Shown piece by piece: positions 32,171 through 42,451 of a stretch of DNA of 48,707 nucleotides (position 1 is its first letter; each line of letters opens with the position of its first letter). A program made the translations under genes and the position numbers. The stretch spans positions 1 through 48,707 of the forward strand of contig MRSU01010908.1 in NCBI GenBank assembly GCA_008369845.1. Reading direction: 5' to 3'. The stretch comes from Trichomonas gallinae (taxonomy: Eukaryota). The notes below the pieces were generated by a model that was given only the letters and a program-made list of their open reading frames with translations, was not told the origin of the DNA and searched no databases.

Positions 32171-34999
32171 TTAATTCTGATGAGAAGTTAAATACTCATT
32201 AAACCTTTGATTTGCGCATGGATAACTTTCAGAAATTGCAGTAAGAACTCTCTGCATTTGATCGACTGGAACAGATCGTAATATATTCATGAATTTATCT
32301 ACTGGTATCTTGTATAAAGATAATGTGTCTGAGAATAAGATTTCCAATAGATGGAAAATAGCGTTGTCGTTTAATATAGCGTTAGAACTAAATTGAATGC
32401 CATAAATCAGTGCATCGACAAATGTGTTATTGAAAGATTTGTAAGGGAAGTTCATTATAAGAGTTTCTACTCCAGAGATATCATTATTCTGTGCGCATAA
32501 GACAAAAAGTAAAGAAGCATTTGAAGGATCATTGATATTTTCTTTCGCCGCATCGATAACTTCTTGTGTCAAGTTTTCCATTGTGATTTTGTTATTGATG
32601 TATAGACGGAAATAATTCGTTTCACAGCCGATATTTGCTGCAAGGTCTGGGAATGCTTGGATTGCAATCATCAATGTTTCTTGCAGATCTGATATCATGT
32701 ATTCTTCATCTTCTATAGCTTTTTCGCCCATGAAAGCTTGGAAATTTACTTCTGTTTGTTGTGCACACATCAGATTATAATATGCATATCCTAAAATAAT
32801 ATAAGAAGTTAATTCTTCGTAAGACGCAGTATTTTCTTTTATGCCTTCGATGGAGTTTAGAAGTTTCTGGGAATCGTTAATCATATCCCTGATAAATGGA
32901 GCCTCGAGATTATTCAACTGCGATGCATAAAATTCGGCAATTTCTATATAAGCGTTGGGGTAAATTTCTGTTCCAATATAGCCGTAGAAATTGCAATATT
33001 CATTAAGCTCATCCGTGATGAATGGAAGCAAGGAATATATTTTTGATATTTTGCCAATGTTGGCATCCATTATCCTTTTAATTATTGATTCGAGTATTTC
33101 AGTTTTATCGAAAACATAGCTTTCATCAACTGCTTTACGATCAAACATATAATATAACTTTAATAATGAATAGCATTCTTTTTCATATTCATTATCGAAT
33201 TTTATATCTTCAATAAGTTGGAAAAAGTCTTCTGATATCACTTGAGCAATGTTGATACCATACCCACGCATCTTTAATCTATTGATGTATGTAACAAAAA
33301 TTTCTATCAAGTCATTAGAAAATATAGTGATATTTTGCATGACAAAATTAATCTTTTCGAGGATGATTGCATTTATTGAGGTGCTATTTTTACAGAGTAC
33401 TGCTATTCTTGTGGCTATGTCAATTCCAATCTCAATAAAATCTTCTGGTGAATCAATTTTTTCAAAAACATAATTAATTAATCCTTCTCCTGTTATTTCT
33501 GTTACATACGAGTATTTAAGATATTTTGACAAACACCAGAAATATCTCCGATAGTTTTCTCCATCTGGTTCAATCTGGAGCATTTCTTCAATTGAACAAA
33601 ATCTGCAGTGCGATTTACATAAGCATAGGAATGTGCGAGCGATATCGTCCGAGTTGTCAGATTCTTCGAGTGCTTTCCCGAAAACAATTCCCATGTATTT
33701 TGCAAGTTCTTCATGTGGAATCATCCAATAAAAAGAACTAATTAAACGCAGAATATCATTCGCAATCGCAATGAATTCGAAATTATTGGAAATTTCGTCG
33801 TAATTTTCAAAAATATAACTTACTATGTTCCTAATATTGAATATTTCATTATCTGAGAATGCATTAGAATTCTTGATATAATATTTCATGCATGATAAAT
33901 TCAAAAAAAGCTGTCCTTGTTCATTTATTTGATTATTTTGGCAAAATTCTTCTCCTAGATTATATATATCCAACAAAGCTTCGATCGATGATATTTCTGC
34001 TGATTCACTGTATACTTTTATTAATCCTTGGACTGAAAGTTCTTCATTGTCCAAATCAAAACCAATTTCGTCTTTGATTTTCATGTAAGATCTGATGAAA
34101 AATAAGAACACCTGTGTAATTTGCTCTGTTGATAATGTAATTTCATCATATTTGAACCAATAGTCAATGCAGGAGCAAAGCTCTGGTAGATATTTTGCGG
34201 GAAAATCGAAAAATATTATACTTTTGAAAAACTTTTGCCTAATATAATTGCAGCAATAGACATCTTGCATATCAAATAAGTTCTCCCAAAATATAGTCCA
34301 GAATTTTCCAAAAACTGGATTTTCAGGAATTACCTTATTTTCAAACTTGTTTAGATATTTCTCAAATATGTTCGCATAAAAAGAGTATAGAATTGGTAGA
34401 ATATTGCAGACACCATTTTCCATTTTGTCGTTAACATACCACATGTCTCTTTCAAATACATATATAAAAGATGTTATGATGTAGTTTAGGTTCTCATTTG
34501 TCAATGAATCAAGTTTTGTCTTAATTTCATTTAACATGAAACTCATTCTTTGAATAATCAGAGCCCTATTTTCGTCAGTTACTTCGACTTTTATTAACTT
34601 AGCTGTTAGTAATATTTTTAATATTGATGATAAATTTTGTAAATTTGAACATTGTTCGTAAAAAACAGGATATTCTGGTGATTCATCCTCGAAACAGTAA
34701 TTGATAATATCGAATGCTGTTTGAATGCATGGGTCTGTGAAATATGGTAATATTTCTAATATTATATTTCTCATGTTTTCTCGCTTGTATATTTCATGAT
34801 GATGTTCATTCTTATTTGTTAAGGATGCAAGGTTAATGAATAATTTTTGAAAATTTAGTCGAAACTGTTCATACTCAAGTGCAGGTAAGAAGTTATCCCA
34901 TAGTACTACGAGATTAGTGGTATCCTCCGCGATCTCTTTGACTTCCCCTAAACTCATGGGCTCATCTTGGATGAGTTTATTGTAGACTACTTCAACCAT
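32171..34999 (-). CDS. Hypothetical acidic alpha-solenoid (ARM/HEAT-like) protein, 942 aa
   Basis: Long ATG ORF with amphipathic helical pattern; size and acidity resemble karyopherins, but no diagnostic motif was recognised. Confidence 0.7.
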   Translation of the reverse strand: MVEVVYNKLIQDEPMSLGEVKEIAEDTTNLVVLWDNFLPALEYEQFRLNFQKLFINLASLTNKNEHHHEIYKRENMRNIILEILPYFTDPCIQTAFDIINYCFEDESPEYPVFYEQCSNLQNLSSILKILLTAKLIKVEVTDENRALIIQRMSFMLNEIKTKLDSLTNENLNYIITSFIYVFERDMWYVNDKMENGVCNILPILYSFYANIFEKYLNKFENKVIPENPVFGKFWTIFWENLFDMQDVYCCNYIRQKFFKSIIFFDFPAKYLPELCSCIDYWFKYDEITLSTEQITQVFLFFIRSYMKIKDEIGFDLDNEELSVQGLIKVYSESAEISSIEALLDIYNLGEEFCQNNQINEQGQLFLNLSCMKYYIKNSNAFSDNEIFNIRNIVSYIFENYDEISNNFEFIAIANDILRLISSFYWMIPHEELAKYMGIVFGKALEESDNSDDIARTFLCLCKSHCRFCSIEEMLQIEPDGENYRRYFWCLSKYLKYSYVTEITGEGLINYVFEKIDSPEDFIEIGIDIATRIAVLCKNSTSINAIILEKINFVMQNITIFSNDLIEIFVTYINRLKMRGYGINIAQVISEDFFQLIEDIKFDNEYEKECYSLLKLYYMFDRKAVDESYVFDKTEILESIIKRIMDANIGKISKIYSLLPFITDELNEYCNFYGYIGTEIYPNAYIEIAEFYASQLNNLEAPFIRDMINDSQKLLNSIEGIKENTASYEELTSYIILGYAYYNLMCAQQTEVNFQAFMGEKAIEDEEYMISDLQETLMIAIQAFPDLAANIGCETNYFRLYINNKITMENLTQEVIDAAKENINDPSNASLLFVLCAQNNDISGVETLIMNFPYKSFNNTFVDALIYGIQFSSNAILNDNAIFHLLEILFSDTLSLYKIPVDKFMNILRSVPVDQMQRVLTAISESYPCANQRFNEYLTSHQN

Positions 35000-35103
35000 T
35001 TGTCAAAATTTTCCATATATTTATTGCCAAATAAAGTATTCAATTTTCTCGTATTTGTCAAGTAAAAAAGTTTTCGCATTTCCTAAATATTACGTTTTAC
35101 CTC

Positions 35104-35175
35104 ACTTTTCTAGGCTAGTCAGCTAGTAGTAGCATGAATTGTGTCAACTACTGTTAGCTGAGCAGTCTAGAAAAG
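35104..35175 (+). ncRNA. Candidate hairpin RNA (28-bp stem, 15-nt loop)
   Basis: Arms 35105-35132 and 35148-35175 form 23 Watson-Crick and 3 G-U pairs with one 2x2 internal loop; begins within TCACTTTT (35102-35109). Confidence 0.45.
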
Positions 35176-36242
35176 CATATAACGATTTCGAAATTCATAC
35201 GATCAAATTAATCGACAACTGTTACTTTTTGCTTCAGATTATTCAATAAATAGATTTATTGAAGAGTTTTGCACAAGAAACAGCAGTATTATATCTTTTT
35301 TTTATCAACTTGTATCCATATCTACAGATACGAACATTTAATTACCATGATGCTTAATATACATGCATAATAATAGTCATTACTGTAACTAGATGAGCTC
35401 TTAGGCTCATAATTACACCTTTTGCATTATCAATATTAAAATTTTGCAATAAAATCCACATGCGAGCCCAGATCTATCGATTAGTAACTTTATATATATG
35501 TCAAAATTCGAATATAACTTATATTACCAATCAAATCTTATATTTTAAATTTCAAGTTATCGATAAGAGCATTCAAAAACCTTACTGACTGATATATATT
35601 CTGGTTTTATTAGTCATTCATCGTTAATGAATGCTTTCAATCTCATTTTAATATATGATTTTTTCATTTACCTCAAATAATAGTACAAATGATTATTAAC
35701 TGATATGCATTATCTTATTAATGTGCAATATGATAGTGTATATAAGAGAATAGTCGTTTTTCCTATTTATATAAAATCAAAATAATAATTACTTATTTTG
35801 TTGAATTAGAATAGTTGTAAACGAACAAATGTACATTTAAAAATATAATTCTATACACACATTTCAAATTTACATACTATAACTTGAATATTATGGAGAT
35901 GAATAAGTTATAAAATTTGAATGACCTCATTTAATTTTTGTATGAGTTTTCACAAAAATAAATATTAATCACATCATAATAATATATTTCCACTAGGCAT
36001 ATGAGATTAATAATATATGCTGATGTACCTATTATAGAAGTTTCCAACAAAATTCCAGTCATTTGGTCTAATGATATGAAAACTTATTAGTGATTTGGTT
36101 TGGAGAAATTTTCAAGATAAACACAATAATATACAACCTTTTATTATGAATAAAAGGTATATATTAGTAGATTTATTGACTCGGAAAATAGTATATAGTT
36201 AACATTTAGTTAAGTTTTTACTAAGAAACAATAAATCATACA

Positions 36243-37997
36243 TCAAACAGTTGGGAACAAATGCCTGAAAGAAATAATTCTTGCTCTGCATTCAGGACAT
36301 GTCTTCATCGTCTTCCATATCTGAGATGCACAAACGTAGCAACAGTTCGTGTGTCCACATGGTAAAAATACTGTTTCTGTCTTACGATCCATACAGATTG
36401 AGCATGTTTCCGAGGATTTGAACAACTTTTTGACTTTTATGACAGTTGTTGCACACAGTGGACATGTTTTATGGTATTTATCTTGGCAATTTTCGCAATA
36501 TAAAACGTGACCGCAGGGGACGCAGGCACAGTCAGCAATAGCTTCATTGCATATAATGCATTTCTGTTGTCCATTTTGCGTTTTGTCATCATGGTGGCAA
36601 TGCTCGTGCGTAACATCCAGATTATGAAGTTTTAATTTTGGCAAAACTCCGTCTGGCGCCTTTGGATCCCCTGGCTTATCACATTTGCATTCATCTACAA
36701 TTACTTTTCCTTCTTTGCATAACAAACGACGGCAGCAACAATCATTTTCAACGTAATTTCCTGAAAAATTCTCTTCTTCGAGTCTTCCGCAGTTAAGAAC
36801 GTTAATTTGACCAGAAATTTCTGTGTTTCTAATGATGGGATTTGAGTCTGATATGATTTTAACTGCTTGCTGACAATTTTTAATGTGACATCCAACAATT
36901 TCAGGCGTTGCACCATTTGCGCAACAAATGGCTGCCAAATCGAACTTATCTATTGTTGTTTTTGCGATTCTTGGTGCTGCGAAGTCAGAAATCATAATAC
37001 CATTCGTTTTTCCATTTCTAATTGTAAGATTATAAATATTTGGACGAGAAGCATCTCTTATAACCAAACCAAAATTAGTGCAATTGTTAATTGAACAGTC
37101 TGATATGATTGGCGTCGCTCGTTTTCCTAGAGTGCAGATAGCTGGAGCTTTCATTGAATTAAATTCGCAATCACTAATATTTCCTGGCGCGTATTCATAA
37201 ACAATGCCAACAGAATCGAACGTACATTTCGTTATAGTGGTTTTTGTCATGGCTTGCGCGTGAATTCCTGAATGTCCATTTAATTTAAATGTACAGTTTG
37301 TAATTTCAGCTTCTCCTTGCGTGGATGCGTTTATCGCTCCACCTTTACAGTTCGTAAATGTGCATTTATCAACGATAGCATTCGAATTTTTAAAAATAAA
37401 TAATCCTTTTCCTTCTGCGTCTTTAAAATGTGAATTTTCAATTTTCGATTCTGAATCATTGTAGAGATATATCGCGAATTTCTTTGTTCCATTAAAAATT
37501 GAGCCAAAAATATTTCCTGATGAATGATCGAACAACAATAAAGAAGCTTGCTCATTTAATTGGAATTTGCAATTGTTAATTGAATAAGTAGAACAATCTC
37601 GAACTGTTAATGGAGCTGTTTTTGCGCATTGAAAAGTACAATTTTCAAATTCGCAACGTGATTTGGCGAATACTTCGATTGCTACATTATCTTGTTGTTT
37701 TGATGGTTGAAACGTACAGTATTTTGCTGAAAATTTCGCTCCTCCAGTTACATGAATTAATCCAGTCACGTCTAGATTTTCAAAATTCGCATTTGTTTGG
37801 CTTACTGTGAGCCAAATAAATGTAACTTTATTTTCTGGTGAGGTTCCATACAATAATGTTGGAGTTCTAATATATGATGGATCGGAGAGTTCGTGTTCAT
37901 TTTTAATCAGCTTTAACTTAGTGATGTCATTGTCCATGCCATCAATTTCTACAATACCTTCCAACGATTTGGGTATGTTTGGGCATTGTGTAGTCAT
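36243..37997 (-). CDS. Right-handed parallel beta-helix protein with two C-terminal C3HC4 RING fingers (putative E3 ligase)
   Basis: Repeats such as I.NC.F..N..GI; RINGs CIIC...PCGH..YC..C....CPLC and CSIC...PCGH..CC..C.....CPECR. Confidence 0.88.
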   Translation of the reverse strand: MTTQCPNIPKSLEGIVEIDGMDNDITKLKLIKNEHELSDPSYIRTPTLLYGTSPENKVTFIWLTVSQTNANFENLDVTGLIHVTGGAKFSAKYCTFQPSKQQDNVAIEVFAKSRCEFENCTFQCAKTAPLTVRDCSTYSINNCKFQLNEQASLLLFDHSSGNIFGSIFNGTKKFAIYLYNDSESKIENSHFKDAEGKGLFIFKNSNAIVDKCTFTNCKGGAINASTQGEAEITNCTFKLNGHSGIHAQAMTKTTITKCTFDSVGIVYEYAPGNISDCEFNSMKAPAICTLGKRATPIISDCSINNCTNFGLVIRDASRPNIYNLTIRNGKTNGIMISDFAAPRIAKTTIDKFDLAAICCANGATPEIVGCHIKNCQQAVKIISDSNPIIRNTEISGQINVLNCGRLEEENFSGNYVENDCCCRRLLCKEGKVIVDECKCDKPGDPKAPDGVLPKLKLHNLDVTHEHCHHDDKTQNGQQKCIICNEAIADCACVPCGHVLYCENCQDKYHKTCPLCATTVIKVKKLFKSSETCSICMDRKTETVFLPCGHTNCCYVCASQIWKTMKTCPECRARIISFRHLFPTV

Positions 37998-38925
37998 AAA
38001 AATTTTAGAAAAAAAAAAAAGAAATAATCGTTCAACAAAAAATACATCATATATCTATTAAATTAAAACGAAAATCAAATTATTTTAATATTGATGGAAA
38101 AATAATCAACAAGAAAAATTTCGAAAATTTTAAAATTTTAAAAAGTGTCGTATTATACGGGCGTACAAGCATCTTAAAAGCGTGCCAAAACTATCATTAT
38201 GAGGCGTATGATTATCATTACTTTAAAATAATAATTTTACACTGCAAAATCTAAAAAAAAATCATTGTTCTGGAGGTTGGGCTGTAGGAAATATCTGTCC
38301 TCTTCATATAATAATATATTTTTATGGTATTTGGTATTATTATGGTAATCGATTTTATTTTCAAATTTTTCATTCAGTTTTTCACAAACAATACATTAAA
38401 ATATTATAAACCATATTATATAGCTGTAGGCATATGAGGAACATATGAGATCATTGTAATTATCATAGATTCTTAAATAAATTGAATATTCAATTGCACT
38501 ATATATATGTTTGTGGCTATATTTATGCTAGTATATTTGATTAAAAGCATATAATATAACAATCGCATGATTTTAAAGTTTGAATAAAGTATGAAATAAA
38601 AATTAATCAATATATCTGGAAAACTAATTGATAATTAAATTATTTATACGAAATTAAAATGATTTAATAATGATAAAGATTTGGAAAAAAAGATTAAATT
38701 GTTCGCTACATAAGTCAAATACATTTATGTTTCATCATGTTTTCGACGATATATAAGTCAAATACTTCTCATATATAACACTAACATCATTGGATTATGG
38801 CAATATCAACAAAACAACTTACCAAAAGTAAATTAATTTCTGGTTCGATAATGGTTGTATTCGATTTTTTCTCTTTTTTTTGATTTTTGTCATGTAAATG
38901 TTTTTATTTGTCATAATATATCAGG

Positions 38926-41616
38926 ATGGAAGAAATAATTCAATTACTTGCTTTGACTTATCAAGGAACATCACAAGAGCAAATTGATGCCGCCAAACAA
39001 GAATTGGAAAAGTTTGGAATGAATCCTGACTTTGCACAAATATTATTTTCAATTTCTCTAAATACATCTAATGACATGACTCTTCGAAAGTCCGCATTGA
39101 TTTACATAATCGTAAAATGTGCACACCAGCTACAAGAAATTCCGCAAGAGACAATGCAATTTATTATCCAAAATTTCCCGAACTTAATTTTTCAAATTGA
39201 ACCAGAATTTTACAAAGTTATTATCAAATTTTCCGACATTTTGTGCGAAAAATGCTATGTTCACCTTATTCAATCTAACAATATTCATATTCAGTTTTTA
39301 AATAATTTCCAAAATGATCAAATAATTAGACCAGCGTCTATACTATTCAAATCGTTAGTGAAAGCAGTTAGAAAACTCATTCCGAGTGAAGAAATCATTG
39401 ATTCTTTACTTGAAAGCCTTTTTGATCCAATTTTGCAGTTATTACAGAATGTTACTGACATGTTCGTTATTTCTAGATTGCTTGATTCACTACAACTCTT
39501 ATTAAGAAAAACTGGAATTGATATGCAATTTAGAGAAAGCACTATAAAGTATTATGAAGCGTTAGATCAATATTTAGATCATTTCTTCCAGCTTCTGCAA
39601 ACAAAAGGCGAATATTTCAATAATTTCGTCAAATCATTCATAATTTTCCTTAAAACTTACTTAGATTTTCGTGGGGAGACGAGCTATCCAAATTTTGTTG
39701 CTTTATTCGAAAAATTAGTCCTCACAGTGCATGAATTATCAGATCCTAAAGTTAATATTCGATTTTTCAGATTATTAGAAAGCCATTTGCAATATTGGAC
39801 CGAATTCGTTCAAATACCAGAAAACCTCAGCTATATAATGACAAATATCGTGTTTCCTTTGTTCATTTTATCAGAAGAATCAATTTCAAAAATCGAATAT
39901 GATCCAATTTCTTTTTGTTATGAGAATATATACCAAGGGGGAGATGTGAATGAGCAGTATGGATCTGTTTATCGCTGTTTGGCTTCTGGACAATTCGACA
40001 TTTCGGAATTTATTCTTGAATTTGCTAAAGCTTCAGTGGAAAACTATGTTCAGACATCGGATGCTGCGTTATTTTATGCTCAAATGCACATGTGTTCGGC
40101 TGCGTGGTCTAAATTGTATTCTAATGATTTATATCGAAATCAAGCGATCGAATTTTTAACGGAAAATGCAGGTTTACTTGAAGCAGATCTTCTCCCCAGA
40201 TGTGGTTTCATGCTCCTCTGCTGTGCAATCTATGAACCAATGAAAGGTTTGCCTGGTGGATATCCATTAATCTTAATTCGCGCAATCATTGCACAATATG
40301 AAGAAGAAAATGTTATTCTTAACTATTTTGCGTGCACCGCACTTTTAACACTCTTAGTTTCTCTTGGTTTTGTCGAATCAGATGTAAAATTATTCAAACA
40401 ATATGCAGATTTCGATACAACGCAATTCATTAAGATCATTATGGCTATGAGTGAGCAATTCCATGATCCTGGCTTCTTCGTAATTGTCACAGCTTGCATT
40501 CGAATGCCTTTCTTCGCTGAAGCAATAAAAGAATGCGCAACTGATATAATCATTGACATATTCAGCTCAGTGAAAGCAGCATTCGGAGAAATGCCAGAAA
40601 AAGAGTCAATAGAAACAGATTTAATATTCAATCCTTTGATTAATCTTATTGAAAGCTTAAAAGACAACAAAGAGCTGCTAAACTCTGGAATATCAACATG
40701 TGCAAGCCAGATATGCGAAAATATTGAATTATTTGGATCTAAAATTTTCTTCCAATCATTATTAGAGCTTGCAAGCCAACTTATATCATATTTGTCTGGA
40801 CCAGCACCAGAATTCTTCTGGCAATTGGCGAATTTAGTCTCACAAAAAGTTAGAGATGATCAATTATCCGAAGATCAGCAGGATATTTTCGCAATTATGC
40901 TATATAATTTAAGTGTGAGCGATATTGATGCCGCTCGCCAACAAATTGATTTCTTTTATGAATTATTAAATAAATTCAAAGGAGAGTCATTTTCAAACAT
41001 GGCAAGTCTTCTGCTGAACATTGTCCCTCCAGAGTCTCCAATGCACGCGCAAGTGATGCATATTGCGATGTCGAGATTAACAGAAGGATTCGAAATCATT
41101 ATGGAAGATCCAAACGAAGCATTTATGTTCTTCGAAGAATGGCAGAATTTAGTTTTCACTGTTTTATCATTATTTGCTAATGAATTTCAAGAATCCGTTG
41201 GAGAATATTTTATTCCTTTCATTTCGAATTACGCGGAGTACACTGCTAACCTTCTTCAAACGCTATATTGTTTTGCTGTCATGTCTTCAATGATTCCGCC
41301 GCAAGATTTATTTTCAAGCATTTTTACAGTATTGGATGGACTGTCTCTCAGCAACTGGACACAAGATAACTCGTATTCCGATTATAATCACGATATGATG
41401 ATAATCAGATTGAAAATCAGGCCATTTATTCCAGTTGAAACTTGCGTGCAGACAGTTTTGCAGTTTTTCGCACAGGTAATGCAGAGCAATCCAGAAGTAG
41501 CAGCTCAGGCTGGAATATCAAACTTCATGACGAAATATGAAAAATTTATTCAAGGCGGACAAGTTGAAGAAGAGGATGAAGGTGAACAAATGTTTGGCGG
41601 AGAAGAGGAAATGTAA
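38926..41616 (+). CDS. Importin-beta family (importin 7/8-like) HEAT-repeat protein, divergent
   Basis: IBN_N-like start IDAAKQELEKFGMNPDFAQILFSI......MTLRKSALIYI; mid-protein E.DP..F motif; 896 aa with an acidic tail. Confidence 0.7.
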   Translation: MEEIIQLLALTYQGTSQEQIDAAKQELEKFGMNPDFAQILFSISLNTSNDMTLRKSALIYIIVKCAHQLQEIPQETMQFIIQNFPNLIFQIEPEFYKVIIKFSDILCEKCYVHLIQSNNIHIQFLNNFQNDQIIRPASILFKSLVKAVRKLIPSEEIIDSLLESLFDPILQLLQNVTDMFVISRLLDSLQLLLRKTGIDMQFRESTIKYYEALDQYLDHFFQLLQTKGEYFNNFVKSFIIFLKTYLDFRGETSYPNFVALFEKLVLTVHELSDPKVNIRFFRLLESHLQYWTEFVQIPENLSYIMTNIVFPLFILSEESISKIEYDPISFCYENIYQGGDVNEQYGSVYRCLASGQFDISEFILEFAKASVENYVQTSDAALFYAQMHMCSAAWSKLYSNDLYRNQAIEFLTENAGLLEADLLPRCGFMLLCCAIYEPMKGLPGGYPLILIRAIIAQYEEENVILNYFACTALLTLLVSLGFVESDVKLFKQYADFDTTQFIKIIMAMSEQFHDPGFFVIVTACIRMPFFAEAIKECATDIIIDIFSSVKAAFGEMPEKESIETDLIFNPLINLIESLKDNKELLNSGISTCASQICENIELFGSKIFFQSLLELASQLISYLSGPAPEFFWQLANLVSQKVRDDQLSEDQQDIFAIMLYNLSVSDIDAARQQIDFFYELLNKFKGESFSNMASLLLNIVPPESPMHAQVMHIAMSRLTEGFEIIMEDPNEAFMFFEEWQNLVFTVLSLFANEFQESVGEYFIPFISNYAEYTANLLQTLYCFAVMSSMIPPQDLFSSIFTVLDGLSLSNWTQDNSYSDYNHDMMIIRLKIRPFIPVETCVQTVLQFFAQVMQSNPEVAAQAGISNFMTKYEKFIQGGQVEEEDEGEQMFGGEEEM

Positions 41617-41708
41617 TTTGTTATTTGTTATTTATTTAAAATTTGATATTATTTTAAATTGGTGTTTGCTTTTGTGGACTACAAAATATGCATGTAGAAT
41701 ATATCTGT

Positions 41709-42200
41709 TTACATTTTGTTGGGAATTTTTGTCAAAATAGAATCTTTTATAAAGTTACAATTTTTCAACATTTTAACTACTTCATGATGACCTTCTCTTA
41801 AAGCTGAAATCAAAGCTGTTTTTTTCAATTTGTTTCTTGCGTTGACATCACAATTACATAATGATTAAGTATTGAAGCACGAATCAAAGCTGTTTTGTTG
41901 TAGATGTTTATACAGTTAATGTCAATGCTATATTCGATTAAAAGATGTATCAAGTTCTGATTTGTTCCATAAAGATGCTTCAGTTTAGAAGTCTTGGAAA
42001 ATATTATCTGTCACATAAGCAAATTTCTCTCAGACGGCAAATTACATGGCTCCTTTGTCATTTTCTGTTGCAATACTATCGCAAATTTCGAAGATTTTCT
42101 CAAAATTCTCTTCTGTTTTTGTAATCTTCTTTAATTCTTCAATGTTTTTGCTATCTTTCTGAGTTTATGTCTCTGATGTAGATGTTTGCGAATGAATATC
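41709..42200 (-). pseudogene. Decayed ankyrin-repeat gene
   Basis: Minus strand reads ..IEELKKITKTEENFEKIFEICDSIATENDKGAM*FAV*EK.. /fs/ LLIEYSIDINCINIYNKTALIRASILNHYVIV /fs/ CDVNARNKLKKTALISALREGHHEVVKML..*; four in-frame stops and two frameshifts. Confidence 0.85.
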
Positions 42201-42451
42201 AACCAATTAATATATGTTGCTGTTACAATTTTTACAGCATATCTTTACATTATGAGAGAAAGCTCATTTCCAAAAAAAAAAGTTTATTCCTCATTTAATC
42301 ACGGACTCTAATTTGTTATATCAAAATGAACATTCTTTGTTCGCAACTAATTTGTGTTTTTGATTAAATTTTTTCATTATGATAGGATATGAGTAATTTT
42401 GTTTATATAATAAAAACGTATTATGATTATGCTAATATATTAAACAATAAT

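Noticed and set aside
38707..38765. Direct repeat ATAAGTCAAATAC twice
   Set aside because: Short, AT-rich and without further structure.
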